A stretch of 63,970 bases of DNA, filler included, from Atractiella rhizophila (lineage: Eukaryota): NCBI GenBank assembly GCA_021432655.1. It is 11 parts of 8 records of this genome, joined end to end, with 100 filler letters (N's around TTAATTAATTAA, not from the genome) between each part and the next. Parts side by side here need not be neighbours in the genome. Positions count along the whole stretch, not along the records: positions 9,926 to 19,710 come from MU272101.1; positions 19,811 to 22,861 come from MU272102.1; positions 22,962 to 28,000 come from MU272102.1; positions 28,101 to 33,664 come from MU272103.1; 7 more parts are not named here. One strand, given 5' to 3'. Position 1 is the stretch's first letter. Every line of letters begins with the position of its first letter. Positions 16,411-29,499 of the stretch are shown here, in pieces. The notes beneath the pieces were generated by a model. That model saw nothing but the letters and a program-made list of their open reading frames with translations. It was not told the origin of the DNA and searched no databases. Position numbers and translations under genes: made by a program.

Positions 16411-18437
16411 TTTGGTATTTGTTTACGGTGGTCTGTGGCGAAGTGGAGATGGAGGATGGTGAATGTGTTGAGGTGAGCGACTTTGAGTTTGGTGTGTGCT
16501 GTGAGGCGGTGTGCGTATGAGAGAGGGTAAAATTATTAATCTCTTTGTGACGAAGGTTCGACCGAGAGAACCTTGTTCCGAGAATACCCTAAAATCAGAG
16601 AGGAACTATGAGTCTCGTTTGAAGAGCACGGTACAATTGCTTCCTATATCTTATACCGATATCTCAGAACCGCATATCTGAAGGCGCAAGTGCGTCACAA
16701 GCCTAGTCGTGTGAGGATTGCAATTCCAGGAGACTTGTCTCGCGATTCAACGCGCTAATAAGTCTCCATTCCATAATTCCATAATTTGAGGATTACAAAC
16801 GACATCAAACAGTATTCCAATAGGGAGAAATCACAAACTTCCAGCGAAGGCAAAAAAAGTTACTTACACTACCGACGAGTAGAGGGGTTGTCGGGGTTGT
16901 CGTCGAATCGATTATATGAACTACTCTTTTTTATCTCAGGCAGGACGGGTGAATTATGCCTTGATGGTTTTGATGTCCATTGATCCAGATACCAACGGCG
17001 AATGATGGAAGAGGGGAAGCCGAAGAATATTTTATCTGAGCAAGTCGTGCGCGTTCCCAGCTGAGGTGGAACAGTAAATCACACTTAAGATTGTTGTATT
17101 CTCTATCATGACACGAGGATGGTGTACAATTTTGTAGGGAAAAAAGAGAACAAAGGCTTAAGGATCACTTCCTCTTCATTTTCGCTAGCCACAAGGTGCA
17201 GAACTTCTTCAACGGGTCGTTTTGCGGCCTGAAGCTGCAAGTCGCGATGTGCCTCATAACTGTTTATTGTATCAGTTTCTGCTATTGAATTTTTTCTTTG
17301 CGTTGACGTACTCTCGTAGCGCTCTTTGCCTTGACATCTCCACGTGCAGAATGAGGGACACTGTTGGTCTATGTGGTAGGAGTTTTGAAAAAACATTGGA
17401 CGGGGATAGGCGAATACTTACTTTGGAACCACTCCCGGTGCTCAGAAATAGTAAAACCTATCGCGGGAAGGATTTCCTGTCCATCCACCTTGACCACTTT
17501 GTATGTTCCAACCGGGAAATGAACGAAGTCTTTCAACTCAAGGCCCGTCCTAATGCCAATGTTTAATCCGCGCAGCTTGAAGATAAAGTGGTGCACGCAC
17601 GCTTGTAGTAAGAAAAATTCGTCGCTAGCTGGACAGTCCAATTCCTTGAAGATATGAAAGTTTCTAGCTAAGGTGTTCATGATTTCTATGACTTCTGGCT
17701 ACGCTGCCGCTCTTAAGATTGTGCTTAATGCTGTTTTATTCACAGGTGTTTTTCTCCCTATATATAAGAATTGGCACTCGCCAACTGCCCTATGGGACCA
17801 GGCGAGAGCCATCAATGCTGGTATGGTTCGGGTGGTAAACTCCTTCTTCCGACACGGAACCTGAAGGAGTAACTGGCAAGCGGCTGTTGGCGACCGCCTC
17901 TTAACTACCTGCAGTGATACTTGTCGGAAAGACCAAACGGCATAAGGGTGGTGGCGCATCGGCGGCTCTGATAGTGTTTGGATCGTTTGTTACGTCGAGC
18001 ACCAGTCGTTTTCGACAGCAGGAACCGCCAAGGTGGCTCAAACTGATACTGATACTACTCGGCTCTTGACGAAGTAGGAGATTACATTTTTATTTGAGGG
18101 CGGAAGATTCTAGAGTTTGATAGGGCAATCTTTCATGATAAGGAGCATTACTCGCTGTTTGGGGTTTAAGCACGCTGATCTTGACCCGCGATACCTAAGC
18201 ATGATGCCACTAGCCGCAATATACATCCCCCTTTAGATTGCTCCCCCGTCAACAGGTATAAAACGAGGGTTGATTTACTCATCAACTTCCTTTCATTCTC
18301 TTCGACCAGAAAGAGTTGAAGTTACTGGTGGAGGAGACAAGTTGGCCGCACACTGACTGCCATGCAAATTCTGATAGTGATTGGTTGTACACTTGAGGTT
18401 ACGTCTGCCTGACACATTGTGCTCTTTTCAGAGCAAC

Positions 18438-18916
18438 TTAACAATAGTTGGGTGGTTGTACTCCCTCCTGCTTCACGCTTTCCGCCGCTCCAGCATTAGC
18501 CTTCGAAAAATCACCCAACACCTCCATTGTGTGCGCTTCCTCTTCCTCCGGCGTTTTTGACCAATGATAGGTCACATTGGACTCTACCGTATCCGGAATT
18601 CCTTTAAACTTGTGGAAGACTTTACCCGTGAGAGTAGTCTTGGTGGGTTGAACATCGATGGATATTATTCTTTGCTCCGCTTGTCATCTTCGAGAATATC
18701 GAGAGTCAAAGGAACGCACTCATGTGTCACGCCCTCGATAACTCCCATTTGTTGTCCTTGCCAAGCTCTGAATGTCTCTCTCCCAACGATAGGAGGATGG
18801 GTGCCTAGTGTCAAGCGTACATCTTCTGCGAATCGGGAAGTGTAGAGCGGCGTGTCAAGGGCATCGGAAGCTTCGATGGTCTGCAAGAATATCAGAACAT
18901 GTCCACTGAAATCCAT
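18438..18916 (-). CDS. SnoaL/NTF2-like protein with an apparent 1-nt frameshift near 18540
   Basis: FAEDVRLTLGTHPPIVGRE; one intron; MEVLGDFS tail in another frame. Confidence 0.6.
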
Positions 18917-19442
18917 TGCGAATGCAATGAGAAGGCAAAGATACCTTTCGTGCCCATGCTTCTCCAGCAGCACGTTGGGAGTCGGTCACTGACATGTCTA
19001 CTACTGTTGTGGGGAATGAGATAATAAAGAGAGGCAACAGGAGAGAGACACAAGGCCCGCCCTGTTATGGGCAGTCGCATAAACCTCAAATCTCCTGGGC
19101 ATTACACAACTCTGATGTAGCTGACTCTGCACAGACATAGTGAAAGCACGTTGCACCAATGGCGCCAGCCAGCGGGGTCAACAGGGAACAGACAAAAGAT
19201 AAGGGAAATCTTGTCCTAGCCCATTGCGGCAATTCCTTGGCGAGCTGAAAATCCGTTGTGTCTCAGAGATTTTGAACATCAATAATTCAGCTCGCAAAAG
19301 ATTCGGTTCGCTTTCTGACAGGCAACGGTGAAATAGTTCAATATGGGAGTAAATGTACCACAAGTGTCTAGAATTGTTTATGAGAGTCACATAATAAGCA
19401 GAAGTATGTCAAGTCGGTCAAAAGGATCAATGTAGACAGACC

Positions 19443-19710
19443 TCATTCAGATCCGCCATTCCTGAGCTTTACAGCAATCTCGAAATCCTTCAAAAACCTC
19501 CATCTTCCAACATTCTTAACATCAGTCTTCTCCCATCCATTGAACGTTCTCGGATACAACGGCAACATGTCCAAGATGCTTGTATCGTGAGCGACTATGA
19601 CAAAAACGTCTTCATGAGCATCGAAGGCTTCCATCTTCTCCACAGCTTTCTGGGCAAGGTCAAGATCAGCGTTCAAGGCGGGGTTGAGTTCATAGAAAGG
19701 TGTTGTGCGG
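19443..19710 (-). CDS. Metallo-beta-lactamase-fold lactonase/lactamase, C-terminus only
   Basis: KMEAFDAHEDVFVIVAHD ... RWRFLKDF. Confidence 0.75.
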
Positions 19711-19810
19711 NNNNNNNNNNNNNNNNNNNNNNNNNNNNNNNNNNNNNNNNNNNNTTAATTAATTAANNNNNNNNNNNNNNNNNNNNNNNNNNNNNNNNNN
19801 NNNNNNNNNN

Positions 19811-21074
19811 ATAGGCGAGGACGTTGAACAGATTAGGCACCCCCGATTTTTTCAAATCCTCGTAGACTTTACCCTCCTCAGCGGACGCTTCTTTCCTCCA
19901 CGTGTCCTTGAGAAGGACAGCTCGATCCAATTCCTCGTCATAGGCAATGAAGCACCTGGTACCACGTCCGAGAGGAAAGTGATGAGCCCTCGTAAACTCT
20001 CGGTGGAGCAACAGCGTCTTCTTCGCGACTTTGACAGAAAATACAGAGTCCACACTCCTGCTAATCCTCAGGATTTCCTTGATCCGGATATAGTTAAGTT
20101 TCGAGGCTAGATCTACTTGAGCGAAAGATGTATCTAGTCCTCGTTCGTGATCTTTTGCGTGTATGAATCGCCAAAGGAATTCCTGAAGATGGTCTGTGTC
20201 CTCTAGTGAAAACGAGACGGAAACCTCTGCGCAAGCACGCGAGTGACGGATTAGGCGGCAGGTATCAGCGTGAACGAAGAAGGAAAAGACCCTGGCTCGA
20301 AACTGGCGGGCTTGAATGATTGTGTTGTATAGCGTGATTTGGCCGCGAATGAGCTTGCCGTCGAGGCTCAGTGTCTCGAACACGGTGGCCTGGTCGTCGT
20401 CGAAAGCAGATCGACTGGGATGACGCGTCTCCTCCCCGTTAGTCGAGCTGTACTCCCTGAATTCCCCAAACAGCATGGCATGCCCCATGTCACAGACCTT
20501 ACGGTTGGAGTGTCTGCCGTGGAATTCTTTGTCGAAATAGAGAGTTAAGCCTGTGTTAACGGACTTCGCTCCGAAGATTCCGAGCGTGTTGTTGTCGGGA
20601 TGGGTCGACGTGTTAACGAGACTCCAATTCCCTCCATGATCATTTACTTCCCGCAGCATGGGGTCAAAGGCAGCTATCTGTAGCGAAGTGTCAGCACGCA
20701 ACTCTGGCTGACAGAAAACCTAGGCCGCAGGAAGCTAGCCAGAGAGCACAGGCGGTGGAGAGGAGCCTGTAGAAATCACTCACCAATTGATCGTATTTCT
20801 GTGTCTCAGTTGGCTTTTCGTCCAGCTTTAGTTTGATTCTCTTGCTGAACTTCTTTGGTGCCTTTGGTAAAAAGTCGAGAAACGCTTCAATATCCACCTT
20901 TACAAACTTCCCCCTCATCTCTCGTTCCGCCTTCACATAACTCTCCCTTTCATCTGAAAATAGGGTGTGTTCTTCGCCTCCCGACTGGCTGTCACTAATT
21001 GAGGTGCTTGTAGCGCCAGAGGTGAACATTGGAGCTAAACTTTCTTGCCTGAGTGTGGAGGGCGGAGTCGACAT
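19811..21074 (-). CDS. Fungal-type protein kinase (FunK1/Pkinase_fungal), N-terminal part
   Basis: GQITLY...QFRARVFS, FLWRF...RGLDTS, GRGTRCF, LLKDTWR, EEGKVY...GVPNL. Confidence 0.88.
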
Positions 21075-21384
21075 GCTGGCGATAATGACGGCTGACTGCC
21101 TGGCTTGCTTTGAGGCAGCCAGCTTGCTCAAAGCTTGTTAAGGAGAATAACGAATAACAGAATAACACAGTCGCGTGTCGTCGCGATATGCGCGCGTCGA
21201 CGCAGAGCTCTTTGAGCAAACTAGATTCTCAGCCTCAACGGCTAGACTGCTAGACTGCTAGACTTCTGTAATACCCTTGCATACAAATTGCCATTATACC
21301 CATATACGACCATCTCCCAGCAGCCAACAAGACCAGCGCTTATCCGACTTATTCCATTAGAGCCAGCAAGCGACAGGCGATGAC

Positions 21385-22861
21385 ATGTACCCTTCTTCGC
21401 CAAGACTGCTCTCTACGCAAAAGCCTGTCTTCCGGCTGCTAATCTACGCCTCCTTACTACTTATCGCACTTAATGGTCTCTATTTCTTTTCCCTCCGTTC
21501 TAGCCCTAGAGATTATCAGCGCCTAAGAAGTGCAGTCTTGGGCAGTCCATCTGGAGTCAAAGAAGACGTAGTGAAGGATGGGGATGGGGATGTAGGTGGA
21601 GCAGCGTGGTTTGTGAATGCGAAGGAGTGGGTGGGGATGGACTCAGAGCAAAGGCATGCATGGAGAGAGAGGATGGCGAGTTCTGTACGCTCTTCCTTTA
21701 ATAAAAAACTCAACCTGCGGGCCTGCACACTGTGAAGCGTTAATCTGACTCCATACGAAAGGTGTTTGACCTTCCGTTACTTTCCTCTGCACAGAGTTCT
21801 AGAGAAGGAGCCATCACGATACTCCTGCCCTCGTCATCTCGCGTGCCAAGCGAACCCGCCTCTCTCCTCCCCTACCTCCTCTCCTCCCTCCTCTCAACCT
21901 TTTCAAACTCCAAACCCACAATCACAGTCGCATGTGCACCAGAAGAAGTACAAGGAACGATGGCGCAAATTCGCTCCTTCTTTACCAGCCCGCTCTCCTC
22001 GACTCTTCCCACCAACGTCAACGCTAACGACCCACATTGGAGTGCTGGAGGGTTCAGAGGAGCGTTGGAGGGCCAATTGGAGAGGTTGAGGTTTGTGGGG
22101 TATGAGGAAGTGGAGGATGAGGAGGGAGGTGTAATCGACTTTGGATTTGGATATACATATCGATCGTCCATGGCGAAAGCCTCCAAGTCGACATCGCCGA
22201 GATGGATCTTGCGTCTCTCTTCTGCCTCTTCCATCAACAGCACGGATCTATTCTCTTCGAATAGTAAAGGCGAAGAAGGACACAACGGGCCGCAGCCAAC
22301 AACTCTTTCCCTTTCGCTCTCCAACACAAACGATAACCTCAACTTCCTCCTTCCTTCCCTCTTCCCACTCAGCAAGAATCCAAACCCAATAGACCTCCAA
22401 CTCCAACGCGCCATCTCCGGTCTCTCAATACACTATGACACTCTCCTCCTGCCCTCCTTCCAAATAATAGACACGCGCGACGCCGCTTCCGCCATCTCAC
22501 AAGCCGTCTTCCTTCTCCACGCCTCACCTCCAGCATTAGGGGATCTTTCATCCCGAGAGAAAGGAGAGAGGGGGGAGCGGAGGATGGAGGTGGCCGTTGG
22601 AGGTGTGAAGACGGTTGAGAGGAGAGAGGTTGTAGATGCTATACTCAAGATCGCTTCGTCTAGAGCTCCTGTTGGATGGCTACGTGGGACCCAGGTGAAG
22701 GAAGAACAGACAGATGGTGGATGGTGGGACTGGTTCTCCACCCCTCTCCGCACTTCCTCCCCTTCTTCCCCTTCGTCCTCGTTCTCATCCTCAGAATATG
22801 GGTATACATTAACAGAAACCCTCTCCGCTCATCTCATCCCCCTGCTTCTAGCACACCAAAC
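21385..22861 (+). CDS. Hypothetical type II membrane protein, 3' end lost in gap
   Basis: N-terminal TM helix, one intron, ~365-codon open frame. Confidence 0.55.
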
Positions 22862-23948
22862 NNNNNNNNNNNNNNNNNNNNNNNNNNNNNNNNNNNNNNN
22901 NNNNNTTAATTAATTAANNNNNNNNNNNNNNNNNNNNNNNNNNNNNNNNNNNNNNNNNNNNAGATTCTCCAGGAAGTAGAGAGAGTTTGAGCAAGAGAGG
23001 CATTTTGTGTTTTATGAGAGCGTGAAAGTCATCTCGTCGAACATCGAGGTAGCAAGCTTCACCAAGCTACCGAGCGTCCTACAGCTGTATCGCTACTCGT
23101 CTCCAAAGCCCATACAACTACCTCTTCCACCAGGTCAGCTTCTACAGTACCTTTCCTCCGTTTAAAGCTAGCCGCTCCTTCTGCCCCTACGTCGGACGTA
23201 TGTAGCGAAGTATCCAAGCTCAGCAGGATAGTTGGTATTAGTCGATAGTCGATTAGCACCTTTTTACACTTACTTCCTTGCTTGGTACGGACGTGAGGGG
23301 AACCGTTTTCCGTCTTGAAACTAAGAGGATCACAGACTTGTATTAGGTAGGGGAGGGGTATTAGGACTATCTCGTGTAGCAACAGTAGGCGCGGTAAACG
23401 CGTAGGTTAGGATAAAGATTGATCCGAGGGCTTGGGGATCAGGGTGGTACTTTCTTTCGGTTCATGAAGGAGGAGAGGTGCCCAAAGTGGAAGGAGTCGG
23501 GAGGAAGGGCGGCTGCTAAAAGTCGTCTAGTCCTTGCTACACTCGTCGATCTTAAACTGAGACTGGGTCTCAAATACCCGTCATAGATTGTTTCTTGGTT
23601 AACGTTGCAGTTGTTCAGCCCTGGTAATCAGTGTTGGGCTCGTTCTTGTGTTGATCTGAATTGTTTCCTTATGAATGGATTGTTAGAAGCCATTTATTCC
23701 CGTTGAGTTTCTCGTTGACTCTCCTTTGAGAGCAGATGAGGGCATTTTGGATTAATTTATGCATTTCGTGTCTTCGCTTTCAACCTCCCTTCCTGTATCT
23801 TTCTGCGAGTGCAACCCCGCATTTACCCCATGCAGCATTTATGTCGCTTGCGACTGCCCCGTCGATTTCAGCGCGTCCGTCTCTGCTCCCCACCTCAAGT
23901 TATAAAGGCTACTATTCAACGCTCAGCAGCTCCAACTACCTCTAAACG

Positions 23949-25757
23949 ATGGTGCTGTTCGCTCTTCTGCTGACTGTTCTCGCTTTCCTAGGGATCGGAT
24001 TGCAACCCAATCCAATCGCTAACCTGCTCCTCATCGCCATTCTCATCCTTCAACACTCAGAGCGTCGAATCAACGGGAAGGACATCGCCATCGATGTAGT
24101 CGCTGTTTCAGTGGGATCAACCCTTTCTTACTCTCCGACCCTTTCTTCTGCGATTGGAGAAGACATCAAAACGCTGCTCTTGACATTTGCCATCACGACC
24201 ATCTACGCCGCTTGGGCTGTCCTCCTCGTCTTTCTCGGCTCAAAGGCGGGGCCGCTGTTTGACAATAGATCTGGATGGGCGTTTTATCACTTCTCACTCA
24301 TCTGGGCGAGCGGCTGGTACTTCTTGGGAGCTATTTCCCCTTTGGGAAGGCAAGGAGATTGGACGATATATGAACCGTTCTTCCTCGATCAGTTTAGATG
24401 GATCGTTCCTATCTTCGGAGAAGTCGGAGTGGACTTCATATCCGCTTCGATGGCGTACCTAGTATTTGAACTCTTCCATGCACGCAGGCACTCCATTGGA
24501 GAAGATAGACAGCGGAAGGTTGCCGATTTGATCGATGTCAGAGAAGAAGAGTTGGACGACATCGAACTGGTTCAAGAGCCTTCCGATGGACCCAGAGGGC
24601 TCCTCCCCCTCTTTCTATTTCTTCTGGCAGTCGTTCTACCGAGCCAGTTGTCGTCATCTCCCACGCCACCAGCACCTAACTCCCCCTTCGTATCCATGAC
24701 TTGCGTCCTTCCGCGTCAGCATTCGTCCAGTCGATCTTCTCCCACATTCAAAGAGTATCTCAGGGAGACAGAATTGTTGTCTTCAAACTCGAAGCTCCTC
24801 CTTTGGCCCGAAGCCGCCGTTCATTTCGACAAAGATAATCTGTACGAAGGGCTTGAGGCCATTGGACACCTCAGCAGTCAGCGTCGAACATTTATGGGTG
24901 TAGGATACACTGCACCGTACAATCTTCTCAACCTTTCGAATCCGGATGATACCTTCACCTCAAAATCCGCGAACGCCTTTACTCTCTTCGATCCAGAGGG
25001 CAGACAGCTCTTTACCTATCTTAAACAACAGCTGGTTCCTATAGCCGAATCCTTCGCCTTCCGATCTGGAAATGGACCGATCCCATCCGCTAAAATTGCC
25101 ATCCCTATTCCTCCTAGTAGATCAGCAAATCCCAAACGTCCAAACTCTGTCGATCTCACAGTCTCGCCTGCAATATGCCACGACACCTCCTTCCCGTCCC
25201 TGCTCACTTCCCAAGCATCAAAATCTGACCTGATCCTTTCTCCCTCCTCCATCTGGTCCACGCCCCTCGCGTGGTCGCGGATTCATCATCTCTCTCTGCG
25301 ATCAAAGACAAATGGATTCAGCATCTTCACATGTGATGGAGGCGAAGGAGGAATTTCGAGTTTCGTTGATGCCGAAGGAAGAGTGAGGGCATGGCAAGCA
25401 GGAAACGGACAGAGCTTCACGGTGGAAGTCCAGACAAATCCCACCGTTGGGAAGAGCACTTTCTTTGCACAGCTTGGATGGAGCGGTATCCTTGCGCTCG
25501 TATGGGGAGTTGGCGCCATCGGGTGGGGGACGAGAATTGCAGCTTCGAAGGAAAATATCCGTCTCATTGATAGGCTGACACACCGGGATGGGAGGCTTGG
25601 GACAACTGAGGTGGCGGGGAGTTGTTGGAACTGGAATTATCCTATCTCTCCTCTGACCTGGCTGAGAAGGGCTACATCAGGACGGGACAGAGGGACAGGC
25701 GATGAAAATCAGGAGGCGCCGAGAAATCTAATTGATGTTGATGAGGATACAGTCTGA
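23949..25757 (+). CDS. Apolipoprotein N-acyltransferase (Lnt)-like membrane nitrilase-fold protein, intronless
   Basis: Multiple TM helices, then LLWPEAA, YLKQQLVPIAES, AICHD (E-K-C triad); C-terminal TM helix. Confidence 0.85.
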   Translation: MVLFALLLTVLAFLGIGLQPNPIANLLLIAILILQHSERRINGKDIAIDVVAVSVGSTLSYSPTLSSAIGEDIKTLLLTFAITTIYAAWAVLLVFLGSKAGPLFDNRSGWAFYHFSLIWASGWYFLGAISPLGRQGDWTIYEPFFLDQFRWIVPIFGEVGVDFISASMAYLVFELFHARRHSIGEDRQRKVADLIDVREEELDDIELVQEPSDGPRGLLPLFLFLLAVVLPSQLSSSPTPPAPNSPFVSMTCVLPRQHSSSRSSPTFKEYLRETELLSSNSKLLLWPEAAVHFDKDNLYEGLEAIGHLSSQRRTFMGVGYTAPYNLLNLSNPDDTFTSKSANAFTLFDPEGRQLFTYLKQQLVPIAESFAFRSGNGPIPSAKIAIPIPPSRSANPKRPNSVDLTVSPAICHDTSFPSLLTSQASKSDLILSPSSIWSTPLAWSRIHHLSLRSKTNGFSIFTCDGGEGGISSFVDAEGRVRAWQAGNGQSFTVEVQTNPTVGKSTFFAQLGWSGILALVWGVGAIGWGTRIAASKENIRLIDRLTHRDGRLGTTEVAGSCWNWNYPISPLTWLRRATSGRDRGTGDENQEAPRNLIDVDEDTV

Positions 25758-26194
25758 GTACATTAATGTATGTTTCTATCCCTTCATCACCCAATTGCTG
25801 AATTACATTCTATCAGCTTGATTCTTGTTACCCGATGAAATTGCAAAGTAGTTCTTTTACTCCACTAAACTCGACCGTTCCACTACTTCTTCCACGTATT
25901 CCCAACACTCCTCATCTCTTCTCGCGCTTCCTTATTAAATAAGAAGATTCAATCCTGGAACCCTGACACAGCAGGTAGAAGTTAGCTCTCTGCAGCTTCA
26001 TAGAGCACCAATTTGCTTCCTTATCCGCACCACAAATCTTGTGTTGAAACAAAGTGGAGAAGACTTGTGGTTGCAAAGGTATACGATAGTTGACGAAGTC
26101 GAATTACTCTCAGCTGTGCTCTCCATTCTTTATGATCTTTATAAGAGGTCGTAAGACCACCAGGTTGCTTCACCTCTTCCCGTGACCAGGCGTC

Positions 26195-27643
26195 ATGTCA
26201 TCTTTTCCACCAATTAACGCAGCCAATTTACTTGGACCATGGTTGATCGGAGGTCTGTTCGTTTCTTTTGACATGCACCCAACATATTGACAACCTTGGA
26301 ACCAGGTCTATTATCAGCAGCACTCGTTGGAATAGTCATCCTGCAGGGAGGTGCATTTTACTACCACTACCCCAACGTAAGATGTATCTCCATTTCATTG
26401 TACTTGGCTAATCTCGCTTGTATAGGAACGATGGATCTTACGCCTTCTAGTTGGAGGAGTGCTCGTCTTGTCGATCTCAACTGCGGGGGTAACATTTGGT
26501 CTCTGTTGGCATTATCTCATCAATGGAAGGGACAACGATGCAGCTGTCCGAAAGGCACCACGTATTCAGCCGTGGGTCTTTCTTACACCTGTCTTCTCTG
26601 CCGTATGCTCATTCTCTATAATCATGCAATGGCCACTAATCCCCATCTTTGAAGCTTTTAGCGCAAACATTCTTTGCCTATCGGTGCTTGTTTCCCTCTT
26701 CTTTTATCAAATCATTTTGACCCTCTGCCGTAGCTGTTGGGGATTTCTGAATAAGAAGCGTGGGATCGGCCTGATTCTTTTGATTTTCATATCATTTCCT
26801 TTTGTTAGCGGCATTGTCAACTGGGCTCTTGTACAAGTCCTTTTTAAATCTCTGGCCAATCCAACGAAGACGGCTGAGTTGACAAAAAAGATCCAAGTCA
26901 CGCTCTATTTGTGGTAAGCCTACAAGCTCTTGGTTTCGCTTTACTAAGCGATAGCCTAGGGTCTGGTCGACAGCTGTTACAGACCTTGCGATATCTGCCT
27001 TATTGGCCTGGAATGTTTCGAAAACACGGCATGGGTTCAATGCGACGTACCACATTTTGCAAGTTCCCTGCGGACGTTATCTAATTATAACACAGCACTG
27101 ATAATCTGCTACTCAAACTCATCCAGCTGTCATTGACCACGGCTGCTCTAACATCCCTCATGGCAATTCTTGATGCCATTTTTTCGGCTGTTTTCGCTTC
27201 GAAGTCAGTTTCTTTCTCAGCTGCTAGCAAACGCTGACAATCCCGGCCCAGGAACAACATATTTGTGATCTTTTTACTTCAGCTTACGCACACATACGCC
27301 CTTTCAGTCATCTTCACTCTAAACATCCGATCTACTTGGAAGCGCAGCTTACCCAGCTCATCTAATCCTTCGAACTCGCGGCCCTCCAAGGCGGGTACTC
27401 GACCAAAACGTTCCAACGTTTCCGTCTCCACAAATACTGGAAGAACCTCTCTCAGTGGTGGCATTCGGGTGGATGTGATTTCAATGCAGAGGGGTGAGGA
27501 TACGGCTGAACCCAGCGGAAATGTAGATGGATACATGCTTGATGCGAGTGTTCTTTTCAATTTACTCCCCCACTGTTCTTCTAAACCTCTTGCAGGATAT
27601 CGATTCCAAAAGGTCCGCGTTTTCGAACATGCAAAAGAATTAA
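26195..27643 (+). CDS. DUF6534-type multi-pass membrane protein
   Basis: LLGPWLIGGLLSAALVGIVILQ...Y, TDLAISALLAW, TDNLLLKLI, YALSVIFTLNIR; last intron probably GC-AG (end 27690 if unspliced). Confidence 0.8.
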
Positions 27644-28352
27644 CATGTCTAGTTTTGGGTGACTTTGTTATGCGGCTCTCGTCGACTTGACTCAGCCTTT
27701 GGCTTGCAAAGTAGTCTGTTGTTGTTTGGGAATAATGGACAAGGAGATTGCTCGCTGAAGTGTCCGGTTTATTGGACGAGGGTCCATTGTTGCAGCGAGA
27801 TTCTCTCCTTCAACAAAACAAATCTATTTCTCTTGTTCGATCAACACGAGTCTTCGCTTCTGCTCTTCCACGGGTTCAAACTGGCGTTCTAGCCTCTGCA
27901 ATGACCGCCACAGCACCCTACACAACCACTTTAGTCCAAGGAATAGAAACAGAAATGGGCTGTACTGTTTTGGTATAGTACCACTCAAGGCCAGCAACAC
28001 NNNNNNNNNNNNNNNNNNNNNNNNNNNNNNNNNNNNNNNNNNNNTTAATTAATTAANNNNNNNNNNNNNNNNNNNNNNNNNNNNNNNNNNNNNNNNNNNN
28101 GATTTGCTTCCCGTCCCATCCATTATGACCCAACTCTGCACGGATATTGTCTCTTCGGCCAGCTTGGCCATTGATTGAGAGAGCTATTCCTTGTTCCCTT
28201 ATAATGAAGCTTCATTGTACTTGTTAAAACCTCAGTTTGCATCAGTTGGAGCTGCACTCACATGCTTCTACAGTGTAATTTTGAGCACATTTGAGAATTA
28301 GGTTCAGCTTGACATCTAACCTTCGGCGTTGACAGTAAAAGGAGGCAATGCA

Positions 28353-28548
28353 TGTTGGATTAGGTGTCATATTTCATTGTGTTGTCTTTGTGTGGTCAGC
28401 CACCTTTGCTATGTTTACTCACTTTGTAGTTTTTCTTCCTCAGGAGCAGTCTTAGTGGTCATCATCTTTGAGCAACAACTGCTGTCCCCTAGCTTCATCC
28501 AACCTCCATTTCTCTCACAGTAGCAAGAGCAGTGGCTAGGGATTGACA
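28353..28548 (+). repeat. Copia LTR family A, intron-less form
   Basis: TGTTGGATTAG...GGATTGACA; homologous to 30474-30722 minus 53 nt. Confidence 0.85.
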
Positions 28549-28621
28549 GATCAGTTGGAATTTTGAATTTTCTAATTTGCTACCAACTTGGTTGAAAATT
28601 TTGACCACTCAGACATCTGTT

Positions 28622-28841
28622 TGTTAGTTGTAGTGTGTTGTGTTGGTCATCTGCCTCTTATGACTCATATGAGTCATCACCATGTAGTTTAGTTTTGTCT
28701 AGGAGTGTTGGTGCTCATTATTGACCACCAACTACTCCTAGGTATGTCTCTCCATACTTCATCAATGCCTCATTATTGACCACCAACTACTCCCAGTCTT
28801 AGATCCTTACATGCTAGCGAGAGCTGGTGGCTAGGATTACA
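28622..28841 (+). repeat. Copia LTR family B
   Basis: TGTTAGTTGTAG...GGATTACA; same family as the PPT-adjacent LTR at 35860. Confidence 0.85.
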
Positions 28842-29499
28842 CTTTGCCACACCCATAACCTTCCCCCTCCTCCAGACCACATTTTCACCGCCCCTGCACT
28901 CAAATTTCGCTCAATTTCGATGATCAAGACAGATCTATGATCCTTAGACATTTCTTTACCACCTCAGAATGTGTCTGCTTACTCAGGAAGCAAGAAATAT
29001 CGAAATCTATCACATTACCACCCACCTTCATGCCTCAAAACGCACTTTGCCACCCTGGACTCAAACTTTGACAAATTTGGACGTTATAGGGCTTATTTTG
29101 ATCGTGAAACACTGTGCTACAACTTTAATAGGAACCATCTTGGTCACAATAAGCGAAAATTTCGAGATAGACACTCCATCACCTCCTTTACACCTCAAAA
29201 AACATATTTTTGGACTTTTTGAAGTCAAATCTGGTCTGATCTGGACGATTGTATTGCCATTGGATTCACAAGAGGCTATTCTACTATCCTACAACAGAGA
29301 TCACCTTGATCAGAACAGTCAAAATTTCGAAATTTGCCACCGTCACATCATCATTACATCAGCCCTATGTCCTTTCTCCATCACATCAGTGGATCTTAGG
29401 ACTCAACCACAGGGTCTAGGAGGATGTTTGGGATGGAAATGGCTCTTAATGGGTTGGAATTTGCTGGGTTGAACAGTCTTGCTGCAGCAAATGATGTCA

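Noticed and set aside
15201..18140. Minus-strand ORF fragments (15201-15641, 17106-17959)
   Set aside because: No recognisable motifs or consistent splice model; possibly decayed genes
18500..18560. Programmed frameshift in the SnoaL-like gene
   Set aside because: Lies in a purine run; sequencing error or pseudogenisation is simpler, and similar indels occur in the TE copies
23403..23411. TAGGTTAGG as a telomerase template (TTAGG type, minus strand)
   Set aside because: Short enough to be chance, on the opposite strand to the P6.1-like hairpin, and the telomere repeat is unknown
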